Origin: Polyangiaceae bacterium
Lineage (GTDB): Bacteria; Myxococcota_A; Polyangia; Polyangiales; Polyangiaceae
Direction of reading: 5' to 3'
Assembly: GCA_044376115.1 (NCBI GenBank)
Contig: JBILLK010000017.1
Location: forward strand, 154,501-218,500
Length of the DNA: 64,000 bases
Under the pieces are notes generated by a model. The model worked only from the letters and a program-made list of their open reading frames with translations. It did no database searches and was not told the origin of the DNA. Each line of letters starts with the position of its first letter. Position 1 is the first letter of the stretch. This document shows positions 40,854 to 50,566 of the stretch, piece after piece. A program made the position numbers and the translations under genes.

Positions 40854-43142
40854 CTACTCGTCCACTACGAAGGTCTGGTACATCTCGGCGACGATATGGT
40901 CTTCCGCCTCCCAATGACGTTCATGGGAGAGCGCCCAGGGGTGGGGCCGATAAAGCAGCCTGGCTGTTACAACGACCTGATTGCAATTAGCGGGTAGCGA
41001 GAAGCCATGCGTACTGGATTGAACAGCGCCGGCGCGGATCCGGGTATCACTGGCGATGGTGGTAGCGAGGTGATGGGGCACTTGTAAACGGCCGGATGGG
41101 TCGGCCAACGTTTTTGCGTATTCAACGCCCGGTAGCCCGGCCAGGGCGACCCCGTGAAAGGAATGTTGGGCCGCTGAGCCCGCCGGCGCTGAGGCGTACA
41201 AGATATCCCCTGGGCTCAGCTCTAGCGGCTCGAGCAATGTGGTTTTACCAGCCAAGACACTAATCGCCATGCTCTCGCCTACCGGCGTCATTTGCTCGAT
41301 GCCCTTCTGCTCGGGCGTCAGCGCTGACCCGGCGAAGAGGCCAACCCCGTCGTAATCCCAATAGCTACCGGTCGGCCGAACCGCCCGCACCTGGTAGCCG
41401 GGGGAGCCTTCTATGGCGAAGGATTGCCAAGCGAGGACACCGCCCGGCAAGACGCTTACGTCGTCTCCGACGACACCGCGGGCGACCGTACCGCCGGTCT
41501 CCGGCACGGTCATCCCACTCGAGGCCTTTAGCGGAGAGCCGTCACAGGCTGTGGCGTTTACTAGAAGCACCAGTGAGCGCATTGGCTCGCCGGTTGGCAG
41601 CGCATGGCCGGCACCCACGTTACGGGTATCCACCTGCACGATCAGCTCGTCCGCCTCGACCGAGCCTGAAATGGTCAGCGTTGCAGCGCTATCAATGAGA
41701 TGGGGAAAGCCCGGCTCGGCATGCAGTGGGCCTAAGAACATATGCGAACGCAGCTGCGCGGAGCTGCGCTCGAAGCCAAAGGTGATACCGGCGTTGCTCT
41801 CCGTCGCTGCGTCGATCGCGTTGAACAGCGACTCAACGGGAGGCATGTGACAGGTCTGGCAGGGAGCCGAGGGATTGAACGGGCTCTCGAGCCACTCGGA
41901 GTAGGTGCCGTGCGTGGGTAGCCCCGCAGCGAAACGTTGATCGAGCGTGGTATTGGGCACCAGCGCCGCCTGCTTTTGCTCATGACAACCGGCGCAGAAC
42001 TCGGCGCTCGAGAATTTGGGTTGATAACTACCACCCATGAACGGGTTGGGCACGTCGGGTAGGGGGCCAAACATCACTTGGCGAGGTTGGGCGCCGATGC
42101 CTTCGCCTTGGGTCTCCTGGGGACGCTGCATGATCAAGCGGCCACCGACGCCAGGCGGCGCGCTTAGATCAATATCGCGCACGTGGTGGCAGGCGTCACA
42201 GTGATTGCCATGTTCGAAGGCCGTGCCTTGTGCCTCCAGCAGGTCTCTGCCGCCGAGCGGCCCATCCATCCCAATGGCGTGACAATCGGCGCAACCTCCA
42301 AATTGCGTTGGAGCAACAGCGGGCGGTACGGCCGGGTCATCACAGGTAGTCCCGTTGCCGCATTCGTTGAGATCCTTGAGTACGGCGTCACCCACGTAAC
42401 ACTTCATCACCGTAACGCCGGGCTGACCTGGCACCTCGCCTAAGCGCCAATGCCCGCGTGCGTGCACGCAATCCACCTGATTGTCGACGCCGGAAGCAAC
42501 GCCCGAATAGATGTCGTGAAGCTTCGGATTTCGGGTCGACCGTGCATGCGCCGACATCTGAAATTGTTCGGCGAAGGTCATATGACAATGGCCACAATAA
42601 GCGGTTGAATTGTCGAGCGCTTCAATGCCGACGCCTGGCTTACCAAAGATATAGGAGTCATTGTCGGGTTGGGCGATGTTGCCGAGCACCAAGGTGATCG
42701 GCTCCTCGGGCAGCTCGGGCAGCTCGAGCCCGGCCGCCCGATAACCCACTTTGGCGGCCACTGCGGTGGGGACGCCCAGGCCGTCGCGCACGAGCGTCAG
42801 CGTGAAGCTGCCGTCCGGCCCTGTCTCCATCGCGACCTCGCCGCCGCCTTGCATGATCATCGCTTGCTCGACGGGGAGACCGTCATCATCCACCACGAAG
42901 CCGCTCACCTCGATCTGCTCGGGAAGGCCAGAGGAGCTGGAGCTTGGGATGGTGAGCCCGGTCGATGTCGAGCTGGACGTTGAGCTGCTGGCTGCCCCGG
43001 CCCCTGCGAGACCGCTGCTGTTGCTGTTCCCGCTGCCTTCTGCGGAGCTGTCCGGGAAGCCGAACACGCAGCCGACGAGCCACGCTGAACTCCCAACGAG
43101 GCCGCACAAGCGCGGAACCAAGCTGCTCAGCACGACTCTCAT
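40854..43142 (-). CDS. Pentaheme c-type cytochrome lipoprotein with carboxypeptidase-regulatory-like N-domain
   Basis: CGHCH, CADCH, CDACH, CAGCH, CQTCH; LVGC lipobox; VSGFVVDDDGLPV...TGPDGSFTL; NVGAGHALPTG. Confidence 0.88.
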   Translation of the reverse strand: MRVVLSSLVPRLCGLVGSSAWLVGCVFGFPDSSAEGSGNSNSSGLAGAGAASSSTSSSTSTGLTIPSSSSSGLPEQIEVSGFVVDDDGLPVEQAMIMQGGGEVAMETGPDGSFTLTLVRDGLGVPTAVAAKVGYRAAGLELPELPEEPITLVLGNIAQPDNDSYIFGKPGVGIEALDNSTAYCGHCHMTFAEQFQMSAHARSTRNPKLHDIYSGVASGVDNQVDCVHARGHWRLGEVPGQPGVTVMKCYVGDAVLKDLNECGNGTTCDDPAVPPAVAPTQFGGCADCHAIGMDGPLGGRDLLEAQGTAFEHGNHCDACHHVRDIDLSAPPGVGGRLIMQRPQETQGEGIGAQPRQVMFGPLPDVPNPFMGGSYQPKFSSAEFCAGCHEQKQAALVPNTTLDQRFAAGLPTHGTYSEWLESPFNPSAPCQTCHMPPVESLFNAIDAATESNAGITFGFERSSAQLRSHMFLGPLHAEPGFPHLIDSAATLTISGSVEADELIVQVDTRNVGAGHALPTGEPMRSLVLLVNATACDGSPLKASSGMTVPETGGTVARGVVGDDVSVLPGGVLAWQSFAIEGSPGYQVRAVRPTGSYWDYDGVGLFAGSALTPEQKGIEQMTPVGESMAISVLAGKTTLLEPLELSPGDILYASAPAGSAAQHSFHGVALAGLPGVEYAKTLADPSGRLQVPHHLATTIASDTRIRAGAVQSSTHGFSLPANCNQVVVTARLLYRPHPWALSHERHWEAEDHIVAEMYQTFVVDE

Positions 43143-43152
43143 GGCCGCTAGT

Positions 43153-46100
43153 CTACAGCTCTTCGAGCAAGGAGAGCAGCTCCGCCTTGGTGATTCCTGC
43201 AGCGCCGCCAGCACCCGAGGTCACCGTGGTAGCGATGGCGCGCTTCTTCTCCTGCAGCTGGAGAATGCGCTCCTCCACCGTGTCTTTGGCGACCATGCGA
43301 TAGACGTTTACCGGCTTGTCCTGGCCAATACGGTGGGCTCGGTCGGCGGCCTGCTCCTCGACCGCGGGGTTCCACCACGGGTCACAAAGGAACACGTGAT
43401 CAGCCGCGGTCAGGTTCAAACCGACACCACCGGCCTTGAGCGAGAGCAACATCACCGGCGGACCGCCCGGATCTTGGAAGGCGTTGACCACCGATTCGCG
43501 ATCCCGCGTTTGACCGTCCAAGCGTACGAACCCGAGATTGGCCGCCTCGAGGTGGGGCTCGATGCGATCGAGCAGGCTGGTCCATTGGGAGAAGACCAGC
43601 GCCTTATGACCTTCACCAGCGAGCTCGCTGAGCGCCTCGACCAAGCGATCCACCTTCGAACTAGAGGTGTCGGTGCGGCCCGGCAAGAGGCCCAAGTGGC
43701 AGGAGGCCTGGCGCAATCGCAGCAGCGCCTCGAGCACCGCGAGCACGCTCTCCCCTGCGCCCAGCCGCTCCATGACCTCCTTGCGCGTCGCCGCGAGGAT
43801 CGCCTTGTAGAGGTCCCGCTCGTTCGGCTCGAGTTCGGCGTAGAGCACGCTGTCCACGCGCGGCGGAAGATCCGGCAGCACCTCGCGCTTGGTGCGCCGA
43901 AGCAAGAACGGCTTCACCCGCCGACGCAGCCGAGCCGCAGCGTCTGCACCTTCCCCGGTGCCAATCGGATCGGCGAAGCGCTCAACGAAGTCGGAGCGCG
44001 TCCCGAGCAAACCGGGGTTGGTGAAGCGCATCAGCGACCACAGGTCTAGCAGCCGATTTTCGACCGGCGTACCGGTCATTACGAAGCGGCTCTTGGCTTT
44101 GATGCGGAAGGCCGACCGAGCCGATTGGCTATCCGGATTTTTGATCGCCTGGGCCTCGTCCAAGATCGCCGTCTCGAACTCGACCTTCTCGATCTCCTCG
44201 ATGTCGTTGCGCAGAATAGCGTACGTCATCAGCGTGATGTCGGTACCGGCGGAGAGCTTCCGACCTTGGCCTTCGTAGATCACGATCGAAAGATCGGGGC
44301 GGAACTTGCGCGCTTCACTGGCCCAGTTATGCACGACGCTGCGCGGGCAAACCACCAGCGCCGGCGTGCGCACGGAAGAGAGCATCTGCACCGTCTTGCC
44401 GAGACCCATGTCGTCGGCGAGCACGCCACCCATCGCGTGCCGACCGAGGAAGGCCAGCCAATCGGCGCCGCGGCGCTGATAAGGGCGCAGCTCGGCGGTG
44501 AGCGCCGCAGGCAACTCCATGCTCGGGATGCCCTCGAACTCGGCCAGCAGCGGCCCGACGACCTCCGAGATCTTCGGCACGTCCACCCCGAGGTCGTGCG
44601 CGACGTCGAGCAACACCGGGAGCGCCGAACGCGTGGTTCCGCTGGTCTCGGCTTTGGCCGCCACCAAATCGAAGAGCGCCTGCGCATGCTTCTCGAGGAA
44701 GGCCATCGGCAGGTGGGCAAAGCCGCCGCCTTCGAGCGCGACGATGCCGAGCCCCTCGCGATAGGCGCGCGCCACATCGGCCACCGAGGCCCGCCGCGTG
44801 ACCTTCTCACCGAGATCGCGGTCCTCGGTCTCGACCTCGAACGCCACGTCGAACTGCTCGCCGTCGCTGACGATGCGCGGCGTAAGCTCGCGCCGCTTGG
44901 TGGCCTCGCCGTACGTCGTCGAGAGCGGCTCTTGGTTGGTGAAGCGCTCCAAACGCGCCGCGAAGACGCTAGCGTCGCGACCGTCGAAGCGAACCCGACG
45001 CCCGGGGACCAGCGAGAGCTCATCGCGCAGACGATGGGTCAGTGCGCGTTCTCGCGACTCATCACGCGCAGGCGCCGGGGAGGTCAGCAAGACCAAGCGC
45101 CCGGCGTCGATGCGCGCGATCGGCGGGTCACCGTAGACGAGCAGCGGTAACACGTTGAGCGCGCCCAGCTCGTGCGAGAGTTCGAACTCGATGCGCGGCG
45201 GAATGCGCTTCTCGCGGCGGGGAATGCGCTTGGTTTGAATGTCCACCACCATCGTGCGCTCGAGCTCGGGCAGTACGTCGGCGGCCAAGGTGCCGAGCTC
45301 TTCTCGTTTGAGCGTGCGTTCGATCGGCAGCTTCTCGAAGCGGAAGCCGAAACGCCCGGTCTCGGCCAGCGGCCGCAAAACGCCGCGCACCGAGCCGACG
45401 CCCAAACTACGAATCTCGGCGCCGCGCGGCACTACGATCGAGAGCGTGACGCCGCCCTCCGGACCATCGGTAATTTTGGCGTCGGGCGAGATCTGCTCGC
45501 CGCTAGTCTTGACCTTGGTTCCGCCCAGGGTGACCTCTTTGGCGCGGGCCAACGCGTCCAGCACGGTCTTCAATTGATCGAGCGGGATGTCACCGCGCAA
45601 ACGCTTGGAGAACACCCGATCGATCGCGAGGTCATCGTGCGTCGGATCGAGGTTGGGCTCGCGAATGCCACGCGCGATGCGCTCGGTAAGCGCCATGGTC
45701 AGGCGTTGCGGCGGTTTGCCCGGCTCCACCACCAAGCGCTCCAAGCCGAGCGCACCGTGCTCGACGTTGAGCGCGTATTGAAGCGTCGCCGCGGGAGGAC
45801 GTGCTCCCATCGAAGGCGCGCTTGCGGCGGGCGCAGCAGCGCGCACGACCACCGAAGGCGCGAAGCCGTCGTACCGTTGAGGTTGGTTCTGAGCGGTAGC
45901 GCCAGTCGGGCGGGCAGCTGCAACCGCTGACTCGGCGGGCGACGGTTCGCTCGGTGGCGGCTCTTCCCCGGGAGGGGGCAGCGGCTCACCGGAGGCCCAG
46001 GCAATGGCCGCCGCGGCGACGTGGTGACAGATGGGCGCCTTCGTACCGCAGTCGCAATCCCACTCTTCGTCGTCCGGGAACAGCGCAACGGTGGGAGAAA

Positions 46101-46326
46101 CAGCGCGACCGCGTTCACGCACACGGAAAGAAAGCTCGCCGCCGGGGTCTCCCGACGTCGACACGGCCCCATCGCGAGCGAGTTTCACCCCATGCGACCA
46201 CACGGCCGACGGGCATGCCTTTCGAATCACGGCAAGAAAGGCTGAAGGTTCAGGCACGGTGCGGAGTCTCGAATCGCGCCCGTTAGGAGTCCAGTCTGTT
46301 GCGAAAGTGCGCTGCAATTCCGCCAA
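43153..46326 (-). CDS. SNF2-family helicase with N-terminal SWIM zinc finger
   Basis: CDC...CHH SWIM; LADDMGLGKT, DEAQ, TGTPVEN, FSQW, QAADRAHRIGQ; alternative GTG start at 46257. Confidence 0.95.
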   Translation of the reverse strand: MAELQRTFATDWTPNGRDSRLRTVPEPSAFLAVIRKACPSAVWSHGVKLARDGAVSTSGDPGGELSFRVRERGRAVSPTVALFPDDEEWDCDCGTKAPICHHVAAAAIAWASGEPLPPPGEEPPPSEPSPAESAVAAARPTGATAQNQPQRYDGFAPSVVVRAAAPAASAPSMGARPPAATLQYALNVEHGALGLERLVVEPGKPPQRLTMALTERIARGIREPNLDPTHDDLAIDRVFSKRLRGDIPLDQLKTVLDALARAKEVTLGGTKVKTSGEQISPDAKITDGPEGGVTLSIVVPRGAEIRSLGVGSVRGVLRPLAETGRFGFRFEKLPIERTLKREELGTLAADVLPELERTMVVDIQTKRIPRREKRIPPRIEFELSHELGALNVLPLLVYGDPPIARIDAGRLVLLTSPAPARDESRERALTHRLRDELSLVPGRRVRFDGRDASVFAARLERFTNQEPLSTTYGEATKRRELTPRIVSDGEQFDVAFEVETEDRDLGEKVTRRASVADVARAYREGLGIVALEGGGFAHLPMAFLEKHAQALFDLVAAKAETSGTTRSALPVLLDVAHDLGVDVPKISEVVGPLLAEFEGIPSMELPAALTAELRPYQRRGADWLAFLGRHAMGGVLADDMGLGKTVQMLSSVRTPALVVCPRSVVHNWASEARKFRPDLSIVIYEGQGRKLSAGTDITLMTYAILRNDIEEIEKVEFETAILDEAQAIKNPDSQSARSAFRIKAKSRFVMTGTPVENRLLDLWSLMRFTNPGLLGTRSDFVERFADPIGTGEGADAAARLRRRVKPFLLRRTKREVLPDLPPRVDSVLYAELEPNERDLYKAILAATRKEVMERLGAGESVLAVLEALLRLRQASCHLGLLPGRTDTSSSKVDRLVEALSELAGEGHKALVFSQWTSLLDRIEPHLEAANLGFVRLDGQTRDRESVVNAFQDPGGPPVMLLSLKAGGVGLNLTAADHVFLCDPWWNPAVEEQAADRAHRIGQDKPVNVYRMVAKDTVEERILQLQEKKRAIATTVTSGAGGAAGITKAELLSLLEEL

Positions 46327-46341
46327 AGGCGGATGCCCTGG

Positions 46342-47901
46342 CTAGCGGCTCGCAGCGGCCTTCCTGTCGCGCAGTGCATCGCGAACCAACTGCACCTCGT
46401 CCGCACCGAGTTGGGCGAAGCGACGCGGCGGCATGCTCAGCGGCGATGAAGGTGGCAGCAGCAGCCGCTCTTCGATCGCCTCGAGTTGGGTGCTGCTGAG
46501 CTCGCCGAGACGGCTGGGATCGAAGTTGGCGCGAGACACCGTTTGGTCGAGCCGAGCGTTGTGACAACGCGCGCAGGCCTCGATCAGGATCTGCTCGCCC
46601 GAAGCGTTGGCCGAAGGGCGGCGCTGGGTCGAGCGCAGCGCCGACTCCGAATGCAGCTCGCTGAGATCGGGCAACGTCCGAGCGCGATCTCCCCCCATCA
46701 GCGCCTTGTAGGCAGAAGCCACTTCGGCCTGCCGCCTGGGGTCGGTGAACACCGCTGTGGGATGCGGCAAGGGGAAGAGGTCTCCGTGCAAAGCGCGCTG
46801 TTGCAACGACTCGAAAGCGGGGACCGCAGCCGGCTGTTTGCTGGCCATCTCCATGCGCGCCAGGGCCACGGTCGGTAGCTCGGCTGGCTGCACCAAACCA
46901 CCTTCATGTTCGACCAACCCCTGCATCAACGCGGGCTCCGACCAACGAATGAGCCGGCCGGGGATACCACCGTACGTTTCGCTCGCGGGGTGGGCCTCAA
47001 AGTAGCTATCGAGCAGCCCTTTTCCAGCCTCTTTATCGCGAAAGAAGTGGGTCCATGGGGCCGTCTTTTGAATCATCAGTAAACGCTTTTCGGCGTTCGG
47101 CCCGCCGTCGCGGTGGCATACGTTGCAATCAAAGACGGTGTTCTCGAGATCGTCATCGGCGTAGAGCGAGACCGAGCTCCAGTCACTTTCGACGCTGGGG
47201 CCGAAGAGCTCCCACGAGTTGCAGGCGCCAAGCTGCTCGCAGCGAGGGAAAAAGCGCAGCAGCAGAAAGCGTAACGCGCGCGTGGTGCGATCGCGCGTCG
47301 CCAGCTCGACGAAGGGTTCTCCGCGCGAGAAGGCGAGCACCACGAGTTCATCGGCTGGCCGCGCCGGACCCTGAATCGGGCCTTCACTGGCTGGGGCCCG
47401 AAACAGAAAGACGCGCGGATTGATGGGCGAAACGAGCTGACCGCTGAGCGAGGTGGAGTGGCTGAGCAGCGCGAAGGCCGGGTTTCCGAGCTCACCGTTA
47501 CCAACGAGCGCACGGAAGTCGAGCCCGAGCAGCTGGAGCAACTCCGCAAAGCTTTGAGGTGGTGCAGCCGCGCAGAGCGCCTGCGATACCGGATCGTCGT
47601 AGCCGCGTTGGCAAAGAGCTGAACGCGTTTGCTCCGATGACCCAGCAGGCAACGCTGCTTGGTCGGGCACGCTCGAGAAGGCGGGAACGCTCTCGAGCGT
47701 CGTTTTGGACGCGGCTGCGGAGGCGTGAGGATGGGTAGGGCTGGCGATCGAAGTCGCGGCGTCTGGCGCGCCGACCACTACCGCGGGAGGCGTGGTCGGC
47801 GAGCCACGGTCTGTGGGAGCAGCGCCACGCTCGAGCGAGCCTGCACAGCCCGCAATCACGATTCCCGCGCACAATAATGAGCTCCAACGCGAAGGCGACA
47901 T
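46342..47901 (-). CDS. Diheme c-type cytochrome lipoprotein
   Basis: IAGC lipobox; CNVCH and CARCH, distal MPP. Confidence 0.8.
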   Translation of the reverse strand: MSPSRWSSLLCAGIVIAGCAGSLERGAAPTDRGSPTTPPAVVVGAPDAATSIASPTHPHASAAASKTTLESVPAFSSVPDQAALPAGSSEQTRSALCQRGYDDPVSQALCAAAPPQSFAELLQLLGLDFRALVGNGELGNPAFALLSHSTSLSGQLVSPINPRVFLFRAPASEGPIQGPARPADELVVLAFSRGEPFVELATRDRTTRALRFLLLRFFPRCEQLGACNSWELFGPSVESDWSSVSLYADDDLENTVFDCNVCHRDGGPNAEKRLLMIQKTAPWTHFFRDKEAGKGLLDSYFEAHPASETYGGIPGRLIRWSEPALMQGLVEHEGGLVQPAELPTVALARMEMASKQPAAVPAFESLQQRALHGDLFPLPHPTAVFTDPRRQAEVASAYKALMGGDRARTLPDLSELHSESALRSTQRRPSANASGEQILIEACARCHNARLDQTVSRANFDPSRLGELSSTQLEAIEERLLLPPSSPLSMPPRRFAQLGADEVQLVRDALRDRKAAASR

Positions 47902-47943
47902 AGCGTTGGAGCCGCGCCATTCAAGGAGCCTGCCAGCGCCCGG

Positions 47944-48165
47944 TCAGGCGAAGGCTCGGCTCGGCCGCTGAGACTCAGCGTAGCGATAGGCTGTGTATGC
48001 AGCGATCAGATGACAGACCCAGCCGAGCGTGCCGCCGCTACCGATCCAAAAGCCGGGCGTTATCACCAACCAGAAAAGGCCGCGTAGAAAGGCGCCGTTG
48101 TAGATCTGCCCAATGCCAGGGACGACCAACGAAAGAACCGCTGCGAGACCGGAGTTGTTTTTCAT
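47944..48165 (-). CDS. Small membrane protein (TM2/DUF5683-like)
   Basis: AAVLSLVVPGIGQIYNG motif. Confidence 0.8.
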   Translation of the reverse strand: MKNNSGLAAVLSLVVPGIGQIYNGAFLRGLFWLVITPGFWIGSGGTLGWVCHLIAAYTAYRYAESQRPSRAFA

Positions 48166-48259
48166 CGATTGAGCGAGAACGTGCGTCGGCGTAGCGGCTT
48201 GTCAACGAGCGAGGTATTGCGCAGCCACCCGCCTCGCCGACGCTGCTAGCCTGGCCGCC

Positions 48260-48784
48260 GTGAGCAACCTGCGCCTGGAGATTGAGCCACTGACCAGCGA
48301 GAGCTACGCCCCCTTCGGCAACGTGATCGCCGCCGGAACTCTCGAGGCCGGCAAGCCCGCCAACCAGCGCACCGCGCGGCGTTATGACCAACTCGGCCCG
48401 CTCGAACGAACACGCGCCGATGCGCCGTGGAACCTCTGCGTCTTCCGCTGTGCACCGCGCGATCTCTCCTCGTTCAAAGTGACGTTGCTCGAGAAGCACC
48501 CCTATTCGACCCAGCTGTTCGTGCCGATGAACGCCGCGCGCTACTTGGTAATCGTCGCTGAAACGACCAACGGTGGCATGAGCCCCGAGCTGCGCTCCCT
48601 GCGCGCTTTTCTCGCGACGGGTCGCCAAGGGATCAGCTACCACCCCGGCGTTTGGCATCACCCACTGCTCGCGCTCGATCACGAGACCGACTTTGCCTGC
48701 GTTGTCTCGGAGGACGGCGGAGAAGGTGATTGCGAGGTACGGCCGATCGCGGAGGCCGAGCAACGCGTGGTTTCGCTTCGATAA
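48260..48784 (+). CDS. allA: Ureidoglycolate lyase
   Basis: EPLTSESYAPFG, LEKHPYSTQLFVP, QGISYHPGVWHHP. Confidence 0.9.
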   Translation: MSNLRLEIEPLTSESYAPFGNVIAAGTLEAGKPANQRTARRYDQLGPLERTRADAPWNLCVFRCAPRDLSSFKVTLLEKHPYSTQLFVPMNAARYLVIVAETTNGGMSPELRSLRAFLATGRQGISYHPGVWHHPLLALDHETDFACVVSEDGGEGDCEVRPIAEAEQRVVSLR

Positions 48785-48840
48785 GTGGCAGCGAGCCGAG
48801 AGTTGGCCGGGCTCGAGCGGGCGGGCTAGCCTGCAAAGCG

Positions 48841-49290
48841 ATGCATCTCCGCGACTTCTTCGCAGCGCAATTCGCCGTAGCGCTCACCTCAAATCCCCCG
48901 CGGCTCGAAGGCCCTCGGCTCGACGGTGATGCGGCGCTTGCGAGGCGCGCCTACGACCTCGCCGATGCGATGCTGCGTGAACGCCGCTTGCGCGGACACG
49001 CTGACGAGGAGGCGCTCTTGAGCATGCAGGAGCTGGTCGGACAACCGAGCGAGGAGGATGAAGCGTTCTTTCTCGGCAGCGATGAGAAGCTGCTCGATGA
49101 GCCGGCGCCGCTCTCCGAACGCGAAGAAGAGCTCGATCCGCTTTGGGAGTCCCTGCGTCACGACCCCGCGTGGGAGAGCGAGCCGAAATGGGGACCGCCA
49201 CTCACGACCACGACCACCTTGAGCGAGCGCCCCGGCCTCGCACGGACGGTGCCCGAACCGCTCGACGGCGGGCTGCGCAAGAAGGCCTAA
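48841..49290 (+). CDS. Hypothetical protein with LRDFFAA...AYDLADAML motif
   Basis: ATG 48841; motif followed by an acidic tail. Confidence 0.65.
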   Translation: MHLRDFFAAQFAVALTSNPPRLEGPRLDGDAALARRAYDLADAMLRERRLRGHADEEALLSMQELVGQPSEEDEAFFLGSDEKLLDEPAPLSEREEELDPLWESLRHDPAWESEPKWGPPLTTTTTLSERPGLARTVPEPLDGGLRKKA

Positions 49291-50090
49291 GGCTGCGCGA
49301 CGGCCTCGAACTGCGACTTGAGCGCGGCGTAGTTTGCAGGGTCTCCGAGGTTTTGCTGGGTGAGGTTGAAGACCGTCACCACCCTGTTCTCGCCATCCAA
49401 GATCACGACGTCGCGAAAGGCGATGCCCCAGGTTTCCCAGACGTTTTGCTCGGGCACGTCTTGCAGCCACGGCAAATCCCGACCTTGGGTGATGAACGCG
49501 TTGCCGTCCTCCAGCCCAATCTCGTTGATCCCGAGGATGGTGACGTTGAGCCCCGCCTGCGTGAGCTCGTCTTGCATCGTGTTTAAGTGCCCAAACTGGG
49601 CACTACAGTAGCTTCACGAGGCGTGGCCAAAGTACCAGCCTGACACTTGCTCGAGGTAGTCACGTGGGGAAACCACGGCGCCAGAGCTTGGCGAGGCCGT
49701 GTTGACGTCAAGCAGGCCGAAGTCCGGCACGACCTGGCCAACGGCGATCGGCCCGGTGATGCCACCGCCCTCCCCGCCAGCTCCGCCAAAGCCACCTGCA
49801 GCCGCGCCACCACCGCCCATTCCGCCAGCGCCGCCTGCAAAGCCGCCACCGCCGGCGTTACCGCCACCGCCGGCAAAGCCGCCGCCGCCTGCGTTGCCAC
49901 CGAGCCCACCGCCGCCGCCCGTCTGTGAGGCTCCCGCCGCGCCAACGCCAGCGCCACCACCGCCCGAAGGCGCCGGACGAACGACCTCAGCGTCACAGCT
50001 CGTCAGCAGGAAGAAGGAGAGGCAGAGCTTGAAGCGAAGCACGCTAAGGACCTTGAACGCCTTGCTCACCGTCGTCAAGGGACCGTTCAA
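49287..50090 (-). CDS. Putative selenoprotein: thioredoxin-fold (redoxin) lipoprotein with UxxC, in-frame TGA at 49616-49614
   Basis: ORFs 49614-50090 and 49287-49577 are one frame joined across TGA: ...VPDFGLLD...WYFGHAS-U-SYC-SAQFGHLNTMQDEL...; LTSC lipobox, Gly linker; start uncertain (GTG 50042 possible). Confidence 0.88.
49586..49604 (-). promoter_or_regulatory. Candidate bacterial SECIS element
   Basis: mRNA after UGA: AGCUACUGU-AGUGCCCA-GUU-UGGGCACU; perfect 8-bp stem, loop G at +18. Confidence 0.72.
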
Positions 50091-50111
50091 CGACTTGACG
50101 GAGCGCGCGCA

Positions 50112-50534
50112 ATGAACTTCCGTGGGCTGATGCGAGCTTGGCTATTCGTCGGTTGTGTGGCGTTCCTCGGCTGTGACAAGCCCGCGCCGGTAGCGGCCTC
50201 CGCGTCGGCCTCGGCCAGCGCTGCACCCAAGAGCGGAGCCGACGAAGTGGCCGAGTTCGTCACGTTCTACGAGGGCTTCGTCAAGGCCGTTGCTGAGAAC
50301 GTGGAGGATTGTGATCGCATGGCTGAGGCGCTGAAGGCCGCGACCGCCGACGATAAGTTCAAACGCCGCACCAGCCTCGAGAGCAAAACAGCCGAGGATC
50401 CCGGCCTCGCAGCGCTCCTCGGCCAGCTGATGAACGACGTCGACGCCAAGTACCCGAAGTTCGAGCAAGGCATCAAAGCCTGCGGCAAGAACCCCGAGGT
50501 ACGGGCGGCCGTGAAGCGCATCGTCGTCCCCTGA
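50112..50534 (+). CDS. Hypothetical helical lipoprotein
   Basis: FLGC lipobox, (AS)n linker, two further Cys. Confidence 0.7.
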   Translation: MNFRGLMRAWLFVGCVAFLGCDKPAPVAASASASASAAPKSGADEVAEFVTFYEGFVKAVAENVEDCDRMAEALKAATADDKFKRRTSLESKTAEDPGLAALLGQLMNDVDAKYPKFEQGIKACGKNPEVRAAVKRIVVP

Positions 50535-50566
50535 GACGCGCACTCGGCTGCCGGAACGGCTTTCGC

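Noticed and set aside
42751..45930. Long plus-strand ORFs (432, 341, 252 aa)
   Set aside because: Antisense shadows of the SNF2 helicase, expected in high-GC DNA; no motifs
49780..49970. GGC-rich tandem repeats (GGNAGGGGFAGG x2)
   Set aside because: Coding Gly linker of a lipoprotein, not a CRISPR array or DNA-level repeat
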